In this document: in pieces, positions 49,226-60,999 of the stretch
Layout: each line of letters begins with the position of its first letter
Numbering within the stretch: position 1 is the stretch's first letter
DNA from: Mobula hypostoma
Lineage: Eukaryota
Length of the DNA: 64,000 nt
Assembly: GCF_963921235.1 (NCBI RefSeq)
Contig: NC_086098.1
Coordinates: 235,910,001 to 235,974,000 of the forward strand
Reading direction: 5' to 3'
Notes under the pieces: model-generated
What the model was told of the DNA's origin: nothing
What the model saw: only the letters and a program-made list of their open reading frames with translations
The model's database searches: none
Translations under genes and position numbers: made by a program

Positions 49226-49566
49226 TATATCTTATGGTGTTATGGGTTAAATTATACCATTTAACCCAGCGACCTTTGCTGGATACTTTCCAAACCACTC
49301 CAGACTCAGGAACAGTTCTTGAGAATATTTGGGTTAAAAGTATGGGGGGAGTGAATACGGGTATCTCGAAGGATGACTGATCAGTAGCGGATAAAATGCA
49401 GCCGTCTGTTCTGGAGATAGAGTATTCTGGCGATCATTAACAAACCCGGACCGAGGCACGCCCGCTCATGCTTAACTAATGTACTCTTTGTGACTGAGGG
49501 TGCAGCCAATCATGGTGTCCTGAAAGTAGCCGCACAGATGTACATTTCGGCAGGGAAGGAGTTTTC

Positions 49567-50015
49567 GCACGGGTAGTCAAGCCGCTGAAGAAGGCGTTTG
49601 GCACAAGTGGACAGGGCGGTGGAGAAGGTGTTTCTGCACAGGTAGATAGAGCGGTTGGAAGGCGTTTCTGCGCAAGTGGACAGGGAAGTGGAGAAGTGTT
49701 TTTCACACAGGTGAACGGCGCGGTGAAGTTGTTTCCACACACGAACAGGCGGTGCAGAAGATGTTTCCACACAGGCAAAAAGGCGGTGGAGAAAGTATTT
49801 CCACACAGGTAGACTGGGTGGTGGAGGAGCCGTTTCTTCGCAAGGAGACGCGACGATCGAGAAGGCGTTTTCACTCATGGAAACGGGTGGTGGATTAGAC
49901 GTGTCCACACAGGCAGACAGGCGCTGGAGAAGCTGCTTCCACGCAAGCAGACAGGCGCTGGAGAAGGCATTTCCTCACAGGAAGACAGGAAGGTAGAAGA
50001 GGCGTTTGGCACATG
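49567..50015 (+). repeat. Degenerate minisatellite, ~13-14 units of 32-37 bp (mode 34)
   Basis: Consensus about ccacacaggyagacaggcggtggagaaggygttt; unit starts 49567, 49601, 49636, 49670, 49703, 49735, 49767, 49801, 49838, 49871, 49905, 49939, 49973. Confidence 0.85.
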
Positions 50016-50029
50016 TGTTATATTGAACA

Positions 50030-50880
50030 CTAGAACACCATAGCACTGTACAGGCCCTTCGCCCTCGATGTTGTGCCGACCCATATATTCCTTTAAAAAA
50101 AGTACTAAACCCACACTACTCCGTAACCCTCTATTTTTCTTTCATCTATGTGCCTGTCCAAGAGGCTCTTAAATAGCCCTAATGTTTTAGCCTTCATCGC
50201 CATCCCTGGCAAGTCATTCCAGTAACCCACAACCCTCTGTGTAAAAACGTTACCCCTGATGTCTCCCCTAAACTTCCCTTCCTTAACTTCCAAACCTCTG
50301 GTGTTTGCTATTCGTGCCCTGGGAAACAGGGACTGGCCCTCCACCCTATCTATGCCTCTCATAAATTTGTGGACCTCTATCAAATCCCCTCTCATCCTTC
50401 TATGCTCCAAAAAGAAAAGTCCCAGCTCTGCTAACCTTGCCTCGTAAGACTCGTTTTCCAATCCAGGCAACATCCTGGTAAATCTCCTCTGCACCCTCTC
50501 CATAGCTTCCACATCCTTCCTATAATGACGTGACCAGAACGGAACACAATACTCTAAGTGTGGTCTCACCAAAGATTTTAAAAACGCAAACAACAGGAAT
50601 TCTGCAGATGCTGGAAATTCAAGCAACACACATCAAAGTTGCTGGTGAACGCAGAAGGCCAGGCAGCATCTCTAGGAAGAGGTACAGTCGACGTTTCAGG
50701 CCGAGACCCTTCTTCCTAGAGATGCTGCCTGGCCTGCTGCGTTCACCAGCAACTTTCATGTGTGTCACCAGAGATTTGTAGAGTTGCAACATGACCTCTC
50801 TACTCTTGAACCCAACCTCCTTATTAATGAAGCTTAGCATCCCATAGGCCTTCTTAACTATCCTATCAACTATCCTATCC
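50030..50880 (-). mobile_element. CR1 LINE 3' part with nested hairpin element 50579-50765
   Basis: KSLVRPHLEYCVPFWSRHYRKDVEAMERVQRRFTRMLPGL...RGDLIEVHK. Confidence 0.9.
50579..50765. mobile_element. Hairpin element, 55-bp arms, ~12-bp TSD
   Basis: Arms 50626-50680 and 50711-50765 (53/55 complementary), 30-nt loop; caccaaagattt / caccagagattt flanks. Confidence 0.85.
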
Positions 50881-51069
50881 TAGCTCCTATTGGTGCTAGG
50901 AGCCTGGACACACTTGTGGACACCCAGCACAATCTCGCTGATTTGATTTGACGCAAACGACGAGTTTTACTGTATGTTTCGATGTGACAAATAAAGCTTA
51001 TTTTTAATCGTACAAGGAGAGTCTGTGCAGGCAGGCAACGACTTTTTTCCTTGGGGCGGGCCCCTCTGT

Positions 51070-51330
51070 ACAGAAAGACAGGGAGGGAGAGGACGGGGAG
51101 AGAGAGAACAAGAGAAATGGAGAGAGGGGAGGATAGACAGAAGAAGGAAAAGAGAGTGAGAAAGGTGGAGAGAGAGAGGAGAGAGAGGGAGTACGATGAA
51201 GGGAGGTAGAGAGAGACAGAGACAGGAGAGGCGGAGGGAGGGAGGAGAAAGAAAGCAGAGCTGAGATGGAAAGAGAGAAGGGGACAGGGAATGAAGAGAA
51301 AGAGGAGAGAGAAAGAGAGGTGTATAAAAT
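51070..51330 (+). repeat. Polypurine (GA-rich) low-complexity tract
   Basis: Directly visible. Confidence 0.9.
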
Positions 51331-51362
51331 CGTGAAGGCACAGAGTGCAAATAAAGTAATTA

Positions 51363-51368
51363 TTTATT
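51363..51368 (-). terminator. AATAAA polyadenylation signal of the HAAF-like gene
   Basis: TTTATT on the plus strand, 20 nt after the stop codon. Confidence 0.75.
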
Positions 51369-51387
51369 GAGGTCTCGTGCCTTCCCT

Positions 51388-51448
51388 TCATGGTTGAAAC
51401 ATGTTCGTAGAGACCATTGCGCAGTAGCGGAATTGCCAGCGACGTTCT
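51388..51448 (-). CDS. HAAF/dermatopontin-like gene, last exon: (G)ERRWQFRYCAMVSTNMFQP*
   Basis: Acceptor cttttctcttgcag; phase 2 matches the previous exon; TGA at 51390-51388. Confidence 0.88.
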
Positions 51449-52108
51449 CTGCAAGAGAAAAGAAGACAGTCGGTGGACGGGACAGTTGACTGGGGAGTTC
51501 AGGGGCCACTGTGGAGCGAGAGAGAGAGAGAGAGAGAGACCGACTTCCCATGCGTTATGAGTGACTCTTGCGGCGGCATCTCTGTGAGGGAACAGCTTCA
51601 CACCTTCGATCAGCCCCGGATTAAACCAGAGCTGAGCCCCAACAGGGGGCGGTAATCAGCCGCGGATTCCGATCGCAGGAACGGCACTCGGACGTGGAGC
51701 AAATAGGAGGCGCGTCCTCCCCACAGCCTCACGCAGTGTGACACTTCCTTCTCGCCACCCCTCCCACAGTGTGACTATCCCTCAGTACAGGCTCTATCAC
51801 AGTCAGACGGCCTTTTGCCATTGGTCCGTAGAGTCATACAGGGGGGGAAGCAGGCCCTTCGGCCCAAACCATCCATGCTGACTGTGTTCTCCAGTGAGCT
51901 AGCCCCCTCAGTCTGCGTTTCGCCCACAGCCGTCTAAACCTCCTACTTCTCCAAATAGTTTTTAAACATTGCAAATGTGCCCGCCTCAACTGTTCATTTC
52001 AAGTATACACCGCCCTCCTCGTGAAGAAGCTGCCCCTGATGTTCCTTTTACACCTTTCGCCTCTGGTTTCAAACCTCCTCCATGGTCTGAGGGGGTCACC
52101 TTACGTAC

Positions 52109-52261
52109 CCGCTCTGGTTCTCATGGTGACGCACGATTCCGGCCAGGTAGTGATCGGCCGGGACCTCCCAGCTGAAGTACTCGTTGCGCTGGTTGACGTA
52201 GGGGGACCAGGCACAGCCCCGGAAACAAACGCGGCCAGCTTCACAGCAGTAGAACCTCCAC
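52109..52261 (-). CDS. HAAF/dermatopontin-like gene, penultimate exon
   Basis: Acceptor ttgttcccag, donor GG|GTACGT; 153 nt; WRFYCCEAGRVCFRGCAWSPYVNQRNEYFSWEVPADHYLAGIVRHHENQS with the family motifs WxFxCC and CxWSxYVN. Confidence 0.9.
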
Positions 52262-52989
52262 CTGGGAACAAGACAAGAAGCCGGGCGTCACTCATCCGAC
52301 CAGCAATCTCCGGCCCAGCGGGGAGGGCATGTTACACGATACCTAAAACTGGTGAAGGCTTTGCCGCTGTCTGCAGCAGGACAGCAATCAGCAGAGCGCA
52401 GAATGGCTGGTGGAAAATTAGTGTGAAATGGTGCAGTGTACACACCCCACTTGAATTTAAAGTGATTGGAGGAAAGTATAGCGTGTCCCGAGGTAGGTAT
52501 GTTTTACAGAGAGTGATTGGTGGGTGGAATGCTTTACTAGGGGTGATGATAGAGGCAGATACATTAGAGACATTTAACTTAAACAGGCACAGAGATGATA
52601 GAAAAATGAAGGGCTTTGTTGCAGGGAAGGGTTAGTTTGATCTTAAAGTAAATTAAAAGATCAGCACAGGATTGTGGGCTAAAGGGTCTGTACTGTTCCA
52701 TGTGCTATGCTCAATGTTCAAGAACAGTTAGTTCCCCTAATCATTCAGTTCGTGGAGAAGCCCAAAAACCTGCAACACTATGACCACTTTGTACTAAAAG
52801 GATATTTTACTTTTACTCTAATTGTAAAAATGTTGTATTATCTATGCTCTTGTAAATGCTGCTTGTGCTACGTGCTACGATGCTGCTGCACTTTCTACAT
52901 TTTACTTGTGAAGACGTGGACTGTGCAGATGACGATAAACCTGTATTCAAAACACTCGGGAAGTTCGACAGCACGCAGGACACAGCAAG

Positions 52990-53560
52990 TCCCACCCACA
53001 CTCCGACCCTTACTCCCCCACCCTCACTGCCCCATCCCTACACTCTCCCGCACTGCCCACCACACTCGCCTTCACTGCCCTACCCGCACCCTCTTCCTCT
53101 CTCTCCCCCACCCACACCCTCTCCCTTGCTTCCCCACACTCACCAACACCTTCTCCCTCATTCCCCCACCCTCACTCTCTACCTCAATTCCCCACATTCT
53201 CCGTATTCTCCACTAGCCTATCCGTACCCTCTCCATCACCCCCGCCACAACCTCTCCCTCACTCCCCCACCCAACTCCCTCCCTCAATTGCTCACACAAA
53301 CTCACACCCTGTTTCCCCTCCACCCTCTCTCCCACTGCCCACACACAACCTCACCCTCACTCCGTCACCCTCTCTCTCACTGCCCCACCGACACCCTCTC
53401 CCTAACTGCCCTACCCACCCTTCCTCGCTCTCTCTCTCTCTCTCTAGCCCTCACCTACCCCTTCTCCCACAAAACCGCTCACCCTCTTTCCACCACTCCA
53501 CCCTCTTCCGCACTCACCCGCCCCACCCTCTCCCTCACTCCTCCACCCACACCCTCTCCC
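52990..53560 (+). repeat. Polypyrimidine/C-rich low-complexity tract in HAAF-like intron
   Basis: Directly visible; source of spurious Pro/His/Leu-rich ORFs. Confidence 0.9.
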
Positions 53561-53879
53561 TGAATCAGAGGAGGATGAAGGGAGGATGAACTAGGAGGGG
53601 ACTAAATGAGGTAGATATTTTACCCGCGGTGCAGGAGCCTCAGACAAGGACCATAGATGTACAGTGAGGGGGGAGGTTTGCAGGAGATCTGTGTGTGCCT
53701 GGACGCTGGTCACACTGACCAGACCGCCGAGACAGATATTAAATCGTTGGGACGTGTTGGGATACAGACCTACCACGGGTAAATAAGGGTAGATGGGTGC
53801 AAGCGGTGGAACGGATCCGCTGGACTAAATGGTCTGTTTGAATGCTGATGAAGTCCCTGGAAACTGAGGAACAGTGGAG

Positions 53880-54420
53880 TATGAAAGAGGGAAAAAGGAG
53901 AGGAGGGCGAAGTGGGGGGGGAGTTTGAGAGAGAGAGAAGGAGGGGGGCAGAGTGAGACAGACCCAAGAGAGGTGGAGAAACTGGGGGATAGCGAGGGAG
54001 AGGGAGAGAAAAAAGGGGAGGGGTGGAGAGAGATAAGACAGAGAAAGAGAGAGACGACAAGGGAGGGAGGCAGAGAGAGAGGAGAAGAGGGAGAGGCAGG
54101 AAGAGGTGAGAAGGAAAGAGAAAGGGGAGAGAATGAGAACGAGAGAGACGGGTGAAGAAAGGGGGAAAGAAAGGAGAGGTAGAAAGAATGAGAGAGGACG
54201 AGGGAGAGGAGCACGAGAGAGAGAGGGGAGATGGGGAAAGAGAACAGAAGGTAAGGAGAAAAAGATGGGAGAGGGAGAGGCAGAAAGGGGGAGAAAAAGA
54301 GAGGCAGACAGAGGTAGGGAACGAAGAGAAAAGGAAATAAAGCTGAAGAGAAAGAGAAGGAGAAGGGAGGAAGGATGAAGAGATTGGGCAAGGAAGGAAG
54401 ATGTGAAGAATGGAGAGGAG
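53880..54420 (+). repeat. Polypurine (GA-rich) low-complexity tract in HAAF-like intron
   Basis: Directly visible; source of spurious Glu/Arg-rich ORFs. Confidence 0.9.
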
Positions 54421-55078
54421 GAGGCTGTGGATCGGGAAGGGAGAAATGAGACTTCCCTACGTCCCTACAACCACGCAGTGCTTGAACCGACCTGCAGAGC
54501 ACCTCTGCACTATTGTGTTGTTTTATATAATTGACTTGTTCGGTACAATTTATTTCTACGTTGCCTTGTATAATTACTGTATAATTCATGTACAACGTTC
54601 TATAGTCCATGCCTATGTGTCTATGTGCCTGTGATACTGCTGCGAGCAGGGTTCGAATTAAACCTGTACCTGACACCTGACAGCGGCTAGGAGGGAGGGA
54701 TGAGGGTGCGATCTGCGTGGAGTTCGTGAGTTCTCCCTGTTATCTCCCGGATGCTCCGGTACTCTCCCACGTCGCACAGACGTGCGGGTCTTTTCGCAGG
54801 TGTGTGGGTGAGGGGTAAAATTGACGGTAACGAAGGGGAAGGCGGTTAATGAATGGGATCGCCGGCAATGTTCTGAAAAGAGACAGAGGTGCGATGGGCT
54901 GAGTGGCCTCTTCCCGTGCCAGTGTGAAGTGACGGGGACCGAGACAGATTTTGCGCAAATGCAGGTCAGTGGCGGAAGTGTGCACTGTAAGTGAGGCATA
55001 GAGCCCTAACCAGGCAGCACTGCAAAGGACGCGACGCCCGACCAGTGGAAGGACCCGCACTCGGGGAAAGGGGATTAC

Positions 55079-55267
55079 TTCCGATCCTTTTGGATGTCGC
55101 CTCGGAGATTCTCCGCCCCGCAGATCAGAGCCTCGGACGGGCAGGAGAAATTTATTCCCTCGTCGAATCTGTTGACGTAGTCTGTCCAGGAACAGCTAAC
55201 GTGACCCTGGAAAGTTGATTTACAGGCAAAATCCCAAACTCTTTCCTCCGTCTTGTTATTGAACTGG
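55079..55267 (-). CDS. HAAF/dermatopontin-like gene, internal exon
   Basis: Acceptor tttactcttcag, donor AA|GTAATC; 189 nt; QFNNKTEERVWDFACKSTFQGHVSCSWTDYVNRFDEGINFSCPSEALICGAENLRGDIQKDR; phase 2 at both ends. Confidence 0.9.
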
Positions 55268-56104
55268 CTGAAGAGTAAATAAAAAGATCACAGTTCAAGT
55301 GATTCGTCTCCACTTTGGAGACCCTTTCAGTGCTGTACCTTTGTGCTAAATCGGCTTCCCTAGAAACTTTGATTCCCTACCATCGTTAGTACGTATAGTA
55401 GGCCAACATCCATTATCAAAGTCACCCACCAACCGGGCCATGCCATCTTCTCGCAGCGACCATTAGGTACAGAAGCCTGAAGCTCCACGGCATCAGGTTC
55501 AGCAACAGCTATTTCTCTTGAACCATGCGGTTCTTGAACCAACTGGCAGGACCCTAATCACTACAGTTTAGCAACACGATGACCACTTCGATCATTTTGC
55601 AAAAAAAAAAAATCCATTGCTATAATTGTGCTTTTGGAAAAGCTGTATAAGATGTTTAGCTGTTTAGTGTGAATGTGTGTAACAGATGCTATGCGCTTGT
55701 GATGCTGCTTCAAGCAGGTTTTTCATTACACCTGTGCGTACGTGTACTTGTACACATAACTCTAAACTCGATACAGACTGTAAACTTCAGGTAACTGGTA
55801 TTCACTCCGCCCCTTATGTCTCTCTTCCTGATCTGCTCAGATCTACACTCACTCAGATCCCTGTCACAGGTCAGGTAGGATCTGCAGAGGGAGAAACGGT
55901 TTCTCAGGTCGATGACGTAACTCCACCATGCACGGTCCCAGGCCCAGGCGCGAACGGAGAAGGGTTGGGCATGAGGCTAGCAACCTCACCTCGTTAAAAA
56001 AAAACACAAAGCTACACAAACATCAACGTGAGCTCCAAAGACCTCATCCCTGGAAAAGGAATTTCCTCGCATGGAAGACATATAAAGTTGTGTCGTTATA
56101 GAGT

Positions 56105-56680
56105 TCTTAGAACATGACAATATAGAAATAGGCCCTTCGGCCCATCTAATCCGTACCGAACCATTAATCTGCCTAGTCCTATTGACCTGTACCCAGACCA
56201 TAGCCCTCCATACCCTTCCCTAGCATATACTTATTCCAATTTCTCTAAAATGCTGAAATCGCCACCGCATCCATCAGTTGGGCTGGCAGCTCGTTCCACA
56301 CACGCACCACACTCTGCGCGAAGAAGCTAACCCTCACGTTCCTCTTAAGCATTTCACCTTTCACCCTTAATCCGGGACATCTAGTTCTAGACTCACCCAA
56401 CCTCGGTGGAAAAGGCCTGCTTGCATTTACCCTACGCATGCTCCTCATAATTTTGTATAACTCTATCGATCTTATACGTTCTATGGAACAAAGTCCCAAG
56501 CTATTCAACCTTTCCCTACAACTCCAAATGTTAAGTCCCAGCAACGTCCTTGTAAGTTTTCTCCGCACCATTTCTATCTTATTTACATCTCTCCTGTAGA
56601 TAAGTGACCAAAACTGGACACAATACTCCAGATTAAGCCTCACCAACGTAACATCCCAACTCCTCTACTCAATACATTGA
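56105..56680 (-). mobile_element. CR1 LINE 3' fragment
   Basis: VRLNLEYCVQFWSLIYRRDVNKIEMVRRKLTR. Confidence 0.85.
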
Positions 56681-56682
56681 TC

Positions 56683-59590
56683 TGTTGTTATTGTTCAGTC
56701 GCTAAGCTGGGTCCGACTCTTCGTGACCCCGTGGACTCCTGCACACCAAGCCTTCTTGTCGGAAACTGCCTCTCTAAGTTCCCCCAAGGTCATGCGCGTT
56801 GTCTGAGTAATATTATCTATCCATCGTAGCCTCTGTCGTCCTCTCCTTCTTTTGCCTTCTTTACCTAACATGCGAGTCTTCTCCAAGGAATCCTGTCTTC
56901 TCATGATGTGGCCAAAGTATTTCAGATTTTGTCTCATAATCAAGCCTCCTAGCGAGCGGTCTGGCTGCATTTCTTCAGGTATTGACTTGTTGGATCTTCT
57001 TGCTGTCCAACGAACCCTTCACACTTTCCTCCAGCAACCAAGTTCAAAGGCGTCGATTCTTTTGTATTCAGCCTCACTAATAATCCAGCTCTCACAGCCA
57101 TACATCACAACTGGAAATACCAGAGACGTGACTGTACGGATCTTCCTAGACAACCTTACGTCTCTGCTCTTCAGTATTTTAACTAAATTTGCCATTGCTG
57201 ACCTCCCCAGAAGTAAGCGTCGTTTAACTTCGTGGCTGCAGTTACCATCTATAGAATTCTTTAAACCGAGGAAGACAAAATCCGTCACTGCTTCCATTTC
57301 CTTTCCAATTATTACCAAAGAGTTAAGAGGGACGGTTGACATAATATTGGTTTTCTTAATATTGAGCAACAAGCCAGCTTTTGCACTTCCTTCTTTCACT
57401 TTTATTAAAAGTTTCCTCAGATCCTCCTCACTTTCAGCCATTAAAGTAGTATCATCTGCATATCTGAGGTTGTTAATATTTCATCCGGCAATTTTGATTC
57501 CAACATTTGAGTCCTTTAGACCAACATTCCTCATGATGTGTTCAGCAAATAGATTAAATAAGTAGGGTGACAGTATGCAACCTTGTTGTACTCCTTTCCC
57601 AATCTTGAACCAGTTTGTTGTTCCGTATTCATTTCTAACTATTGCTCCTTGTTCTTCGTGCAAGTTTCTCGTAAGGCGGATCAGATATCGAGAAGATATA
57701 CCACTTCTTTAAGGGTTTGCCATAGTTTATTATGGTCCACACTGTCGAAGGCTTTAGAGTAGTCAATGAGACATAAATAAATACTTCTCTGGAATTCCCT
57801 CGATTTCTCCATTATCCAGCGTAGGTTAGCAATATGGTCTCTGGTGCCCCCGCCTCTTCTAAAACCAGCTTGTACATCTGGCAGTTCTCGTTCCATATAT
57901 TGCTGGAGTCTTGCTTGCATGATCTTTAGCATTACCTTGTTAGCATGCGAAATTCATAAAATTGTTTGGTAATTTCAACAATCCTTTAATTTTTCCTTCT
58001 TGAGAATTGGGGAAAAAACTGATCTTTTCCAGTGTAAAGGCCATTGTTTTATTTTCCGGATCTGCCGGCGAATTGCAGGCAACACTTTTACAGCATCACC
58101 TGTTATAGTTTCAAACAATTCAACTGCAATCCCGTCACATCCTGCAGCCTTATCATTGTCAATGTTTTCGATTGTTTATTTGACTTCATTTTCCAAAATG
58201 ACCGGCTCTAGATCGATGAGGGGGTCATTGCAAGTGTCTTCGCTATTGGGATCTTTCCTGTGCAATTCTTTTGTGTATTCCTAATATCGCTTTATGATGT
58301 CTTCTGCTTCTGTAAGGTCCTGCTTTCTTTGTTTTACACTATAGGTATTTTTGCATGAAATGTTCCTTTGATTTCTCTAATCTTCTTGAATAGATCGCTT
58401 GTTTTTTTTTCCCAGTTCTGTAGCTTCTTCAGCTTTTTTGCATCGCTCCTTTAAGTAAGTTTCCTTATCTTTCCCTGCTACTCTCTTGAACTGCGTTCGG
58501 TCGGAGGAATTTGTTCCAATCTCCATTGGCCTCCACTTCTCTTCGCTGCTCAGCCACTTGCAGAGCCATTTTGCTTTCCTGGTCTTCTTCTGGTTTGCAA
58601 TATTTTTTGTTGCCACCTCTTGTATAATGCTCCTTACTTCTATCCATAGAGCTTCTGGCATTCTCCCTCCCAGGTTTCATCCATCGAATCTGTTCTTCAC
58701 CTCCACAGCATATTCTTGAGGGACGCTATCCTCATCAAACCTTGCTGGTACGTTGCTTTTCCTGATGCTCTTCAGTTTCGTCCTGAATTTGCAACAAGCA
58801 GCTCACGGTCTGAGCCACAATCTGCTCCTGGTCTTGTTTTAGCTGACAAGATAGAGCTCTTCCATCTCTGATTGCAGAATATATAGTCAATTGCTTTCAG
58901 TGTTGACCGTCTGGTGATGTCTATGTATAGAGCTATTGAAAGAGCGTATTTGCTATAACCAAAGAGTTAACTTGGCAAAATTCTGCCAGCCGATGTCCTG
59001 CTTCATTCCGTCCTCCAAGGCCAAAGTTGACCGTTACCTCAGGTGTTCTGTGATTTCTAACTTTGACATTCCAGTCCCAATGATAAATGTAACGTCCTTT
59101 TTGGTGTCACATCCAGAGCGTGCTGTAGTTCTTCATAAAAGTGGATAATTTCATCCCCTTTGGCATCTGTGGTTGAAGCATAAACTTGGATCACTGTGAT
59201 GTTGAAAGGCTTGCCTTGAGGTCGTAATGCGATCATTTTATCATTTTTTGGAGTTGTATCCCATCACTGATTTTGGTACTCTTTTTTTTTGACAATTAAA
59301 ACTACTCTATTCTGTCTGCAGGTTTCCTGCCCACAGTGGATCTGGTAACTGTCTGATGTAAAGTGACCCATTTCAGTCCACTTTAGTTTGTTAATTCCCA
59401 ATATGTCAACTTTTCGTCTTGCCATCTCGTTTTTGACCACATCTAGTTTATCTTGATACATGGATCTTACATTTCAGGTTCCAATGGCATATCGATCTTT
59501 ACAACATCGGACCGTCTTTTCATTTCCAGGCACATCAGCAGCTGGACGTCCCCTCAGCTTTAATCCAACCACGTCATTAGCTCCGGTACT
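56683..59590 (-). mobile_element. RTE-BovB-like LINE, near full length, degenerate
   Basis: IGT*NVRSMYQDKLDVVKNEMAR...DILGI; MERELPDVQAGFRRGGGTRDHIANLRWIMEK; QGCILSPYLFNL; 3' tail gggtcacgaagagtcggacccagcttagcgactgaacaataacaac. Confidence 0.9.
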
Positions 59591-60790
59591 ATTCTGTCAG
59601 GCTCACCGGCCTTCAATATCCTGGCTTATACTTAGAACCTTTCTTAAACAACGGAACAACGTTAACTATCCTCCAATCCTCCGACACTTCACCTGTGGGT
59701 AAGGATGTTTTAAATATCTCGGCTAGGGCCCCTAAACTTTCTGCATTAACCTTCCACAGGGTCTGAGGGTACACGTAGTCAGGACCTGGGGATTTATCCA
59801 CCCTAATTTTCCACAAGACAACAAGCACCTCCCGAGTAAATACAGATACAAAAAAAAACACGTTTTAAAATCTACCCCATCTCTTTCGGCTCCACGCATG
59901 GATTATTATTAATCTTCCAAAGGACAACTTTTGGCCCATGATATCATTTTGCTCTCAATATATCTGTGGAAACCCTAAGGATGCTCCTTCACCTTGTCTG
60001 CTAGAGCAACCTCATGTCTTCTTTTATCCCTCCTGATTTCCTTCTTAAGTGTTCTCTTGCATTCCGTATACTCCTTCAGTACCGCATTTGTTCATACCTG
60101 CTAGGCACCTCCTCCTTCTCACTAAACAAGTCTTCTCTAGAAAAAAAAGGTATCTTTGATATCCTTGCCTTTTATTCAGACAGGAACATATAAACTTCCT
60201 ATTTTCAAAAATGTCATTTTTGAAGGCCTCCCACTTACCCAGTACACCTTTACCATAAAAAACAATCTGTCCCAGTCCACACTTGCCAGATACTTTCTAA
60301 TACCATCAAAATTGGTCTCACCCTAAGTTAGAATCTCGGCCCCAGGACCAGGCCCACTCTTTTCCCTAAATTATATTGAAACTAATAGCAGTATAATCAC
60401 TAGATGCAAAGTTCTCCCTTACACAAGCTTCTGTCACCTGTCCAGTCTCATTCCCTAATAGGACATCTAGTATGGCACAGTCTCCAGCTGGGGCTTCTCT
60501 GTACTGATTAAGGAAACTTTCCTGAACAGATTTGGCAAACTCTATCCCGACTAGCTCTTTTACAGTATAGGAGCCCCAATCAATGTGTAGAAAGTTAAAA
60601 TTATCTACTATCACAAACTTACGTTTCTTGCTCAGACTGCGATCTCTCTACAAATTTGATCCTCTAAATCCCGAGTCTGTTGGGTGGTCTATAAATATAA
60701 TCCTACTAGAGGTCATACCTCTCTTATTCCTCAGTTATATCCATAAAACCTCACTAGATGACCTCTCCAGTCTGTCCTAACTTAGCACTG
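59591..60790 (-). mobile_element. CR1 LINE ORF2 (endonuclease to pre-RT) fragment
   Basis: ESFLNQY...AILDVLLGNETGQV; DKSPGPD...WRIVNVVPLFKKG. Confidence 0.85.
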
Positions 60791-60999
60791 CCGTGACATT
60801 TCCCCTAACTAATAATACCACCAATCGCTCTTTTAATCCCTCCAGCTCTATCACTTCTCAAAGAACAGAACCCCGGAACATTGAGCTACCAGTCATTCCC
60901 CTCCTGCAACCAAATCTCACTAATGTCATAATTCCACGTGCTGATCTATGCCCTACGCTCATCCGCCTTTCCCACAATATTTCTTGCTTTGAAATACCC

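Noticed and set aside
50870-54676. Long ORFs (243, 235, 283 aa and others) rich in S/L/P/E/R
   Set aside because: Artefacts of low-complexity purine/pyrimidine tracts
55830-55880. Candidate upstream HAAF-like exon (ctctgcag...gtgagt)
   Set aside because: Wrong phase for the 55267 acceptor, no family motif, and adjacent to RTE remnant sequence
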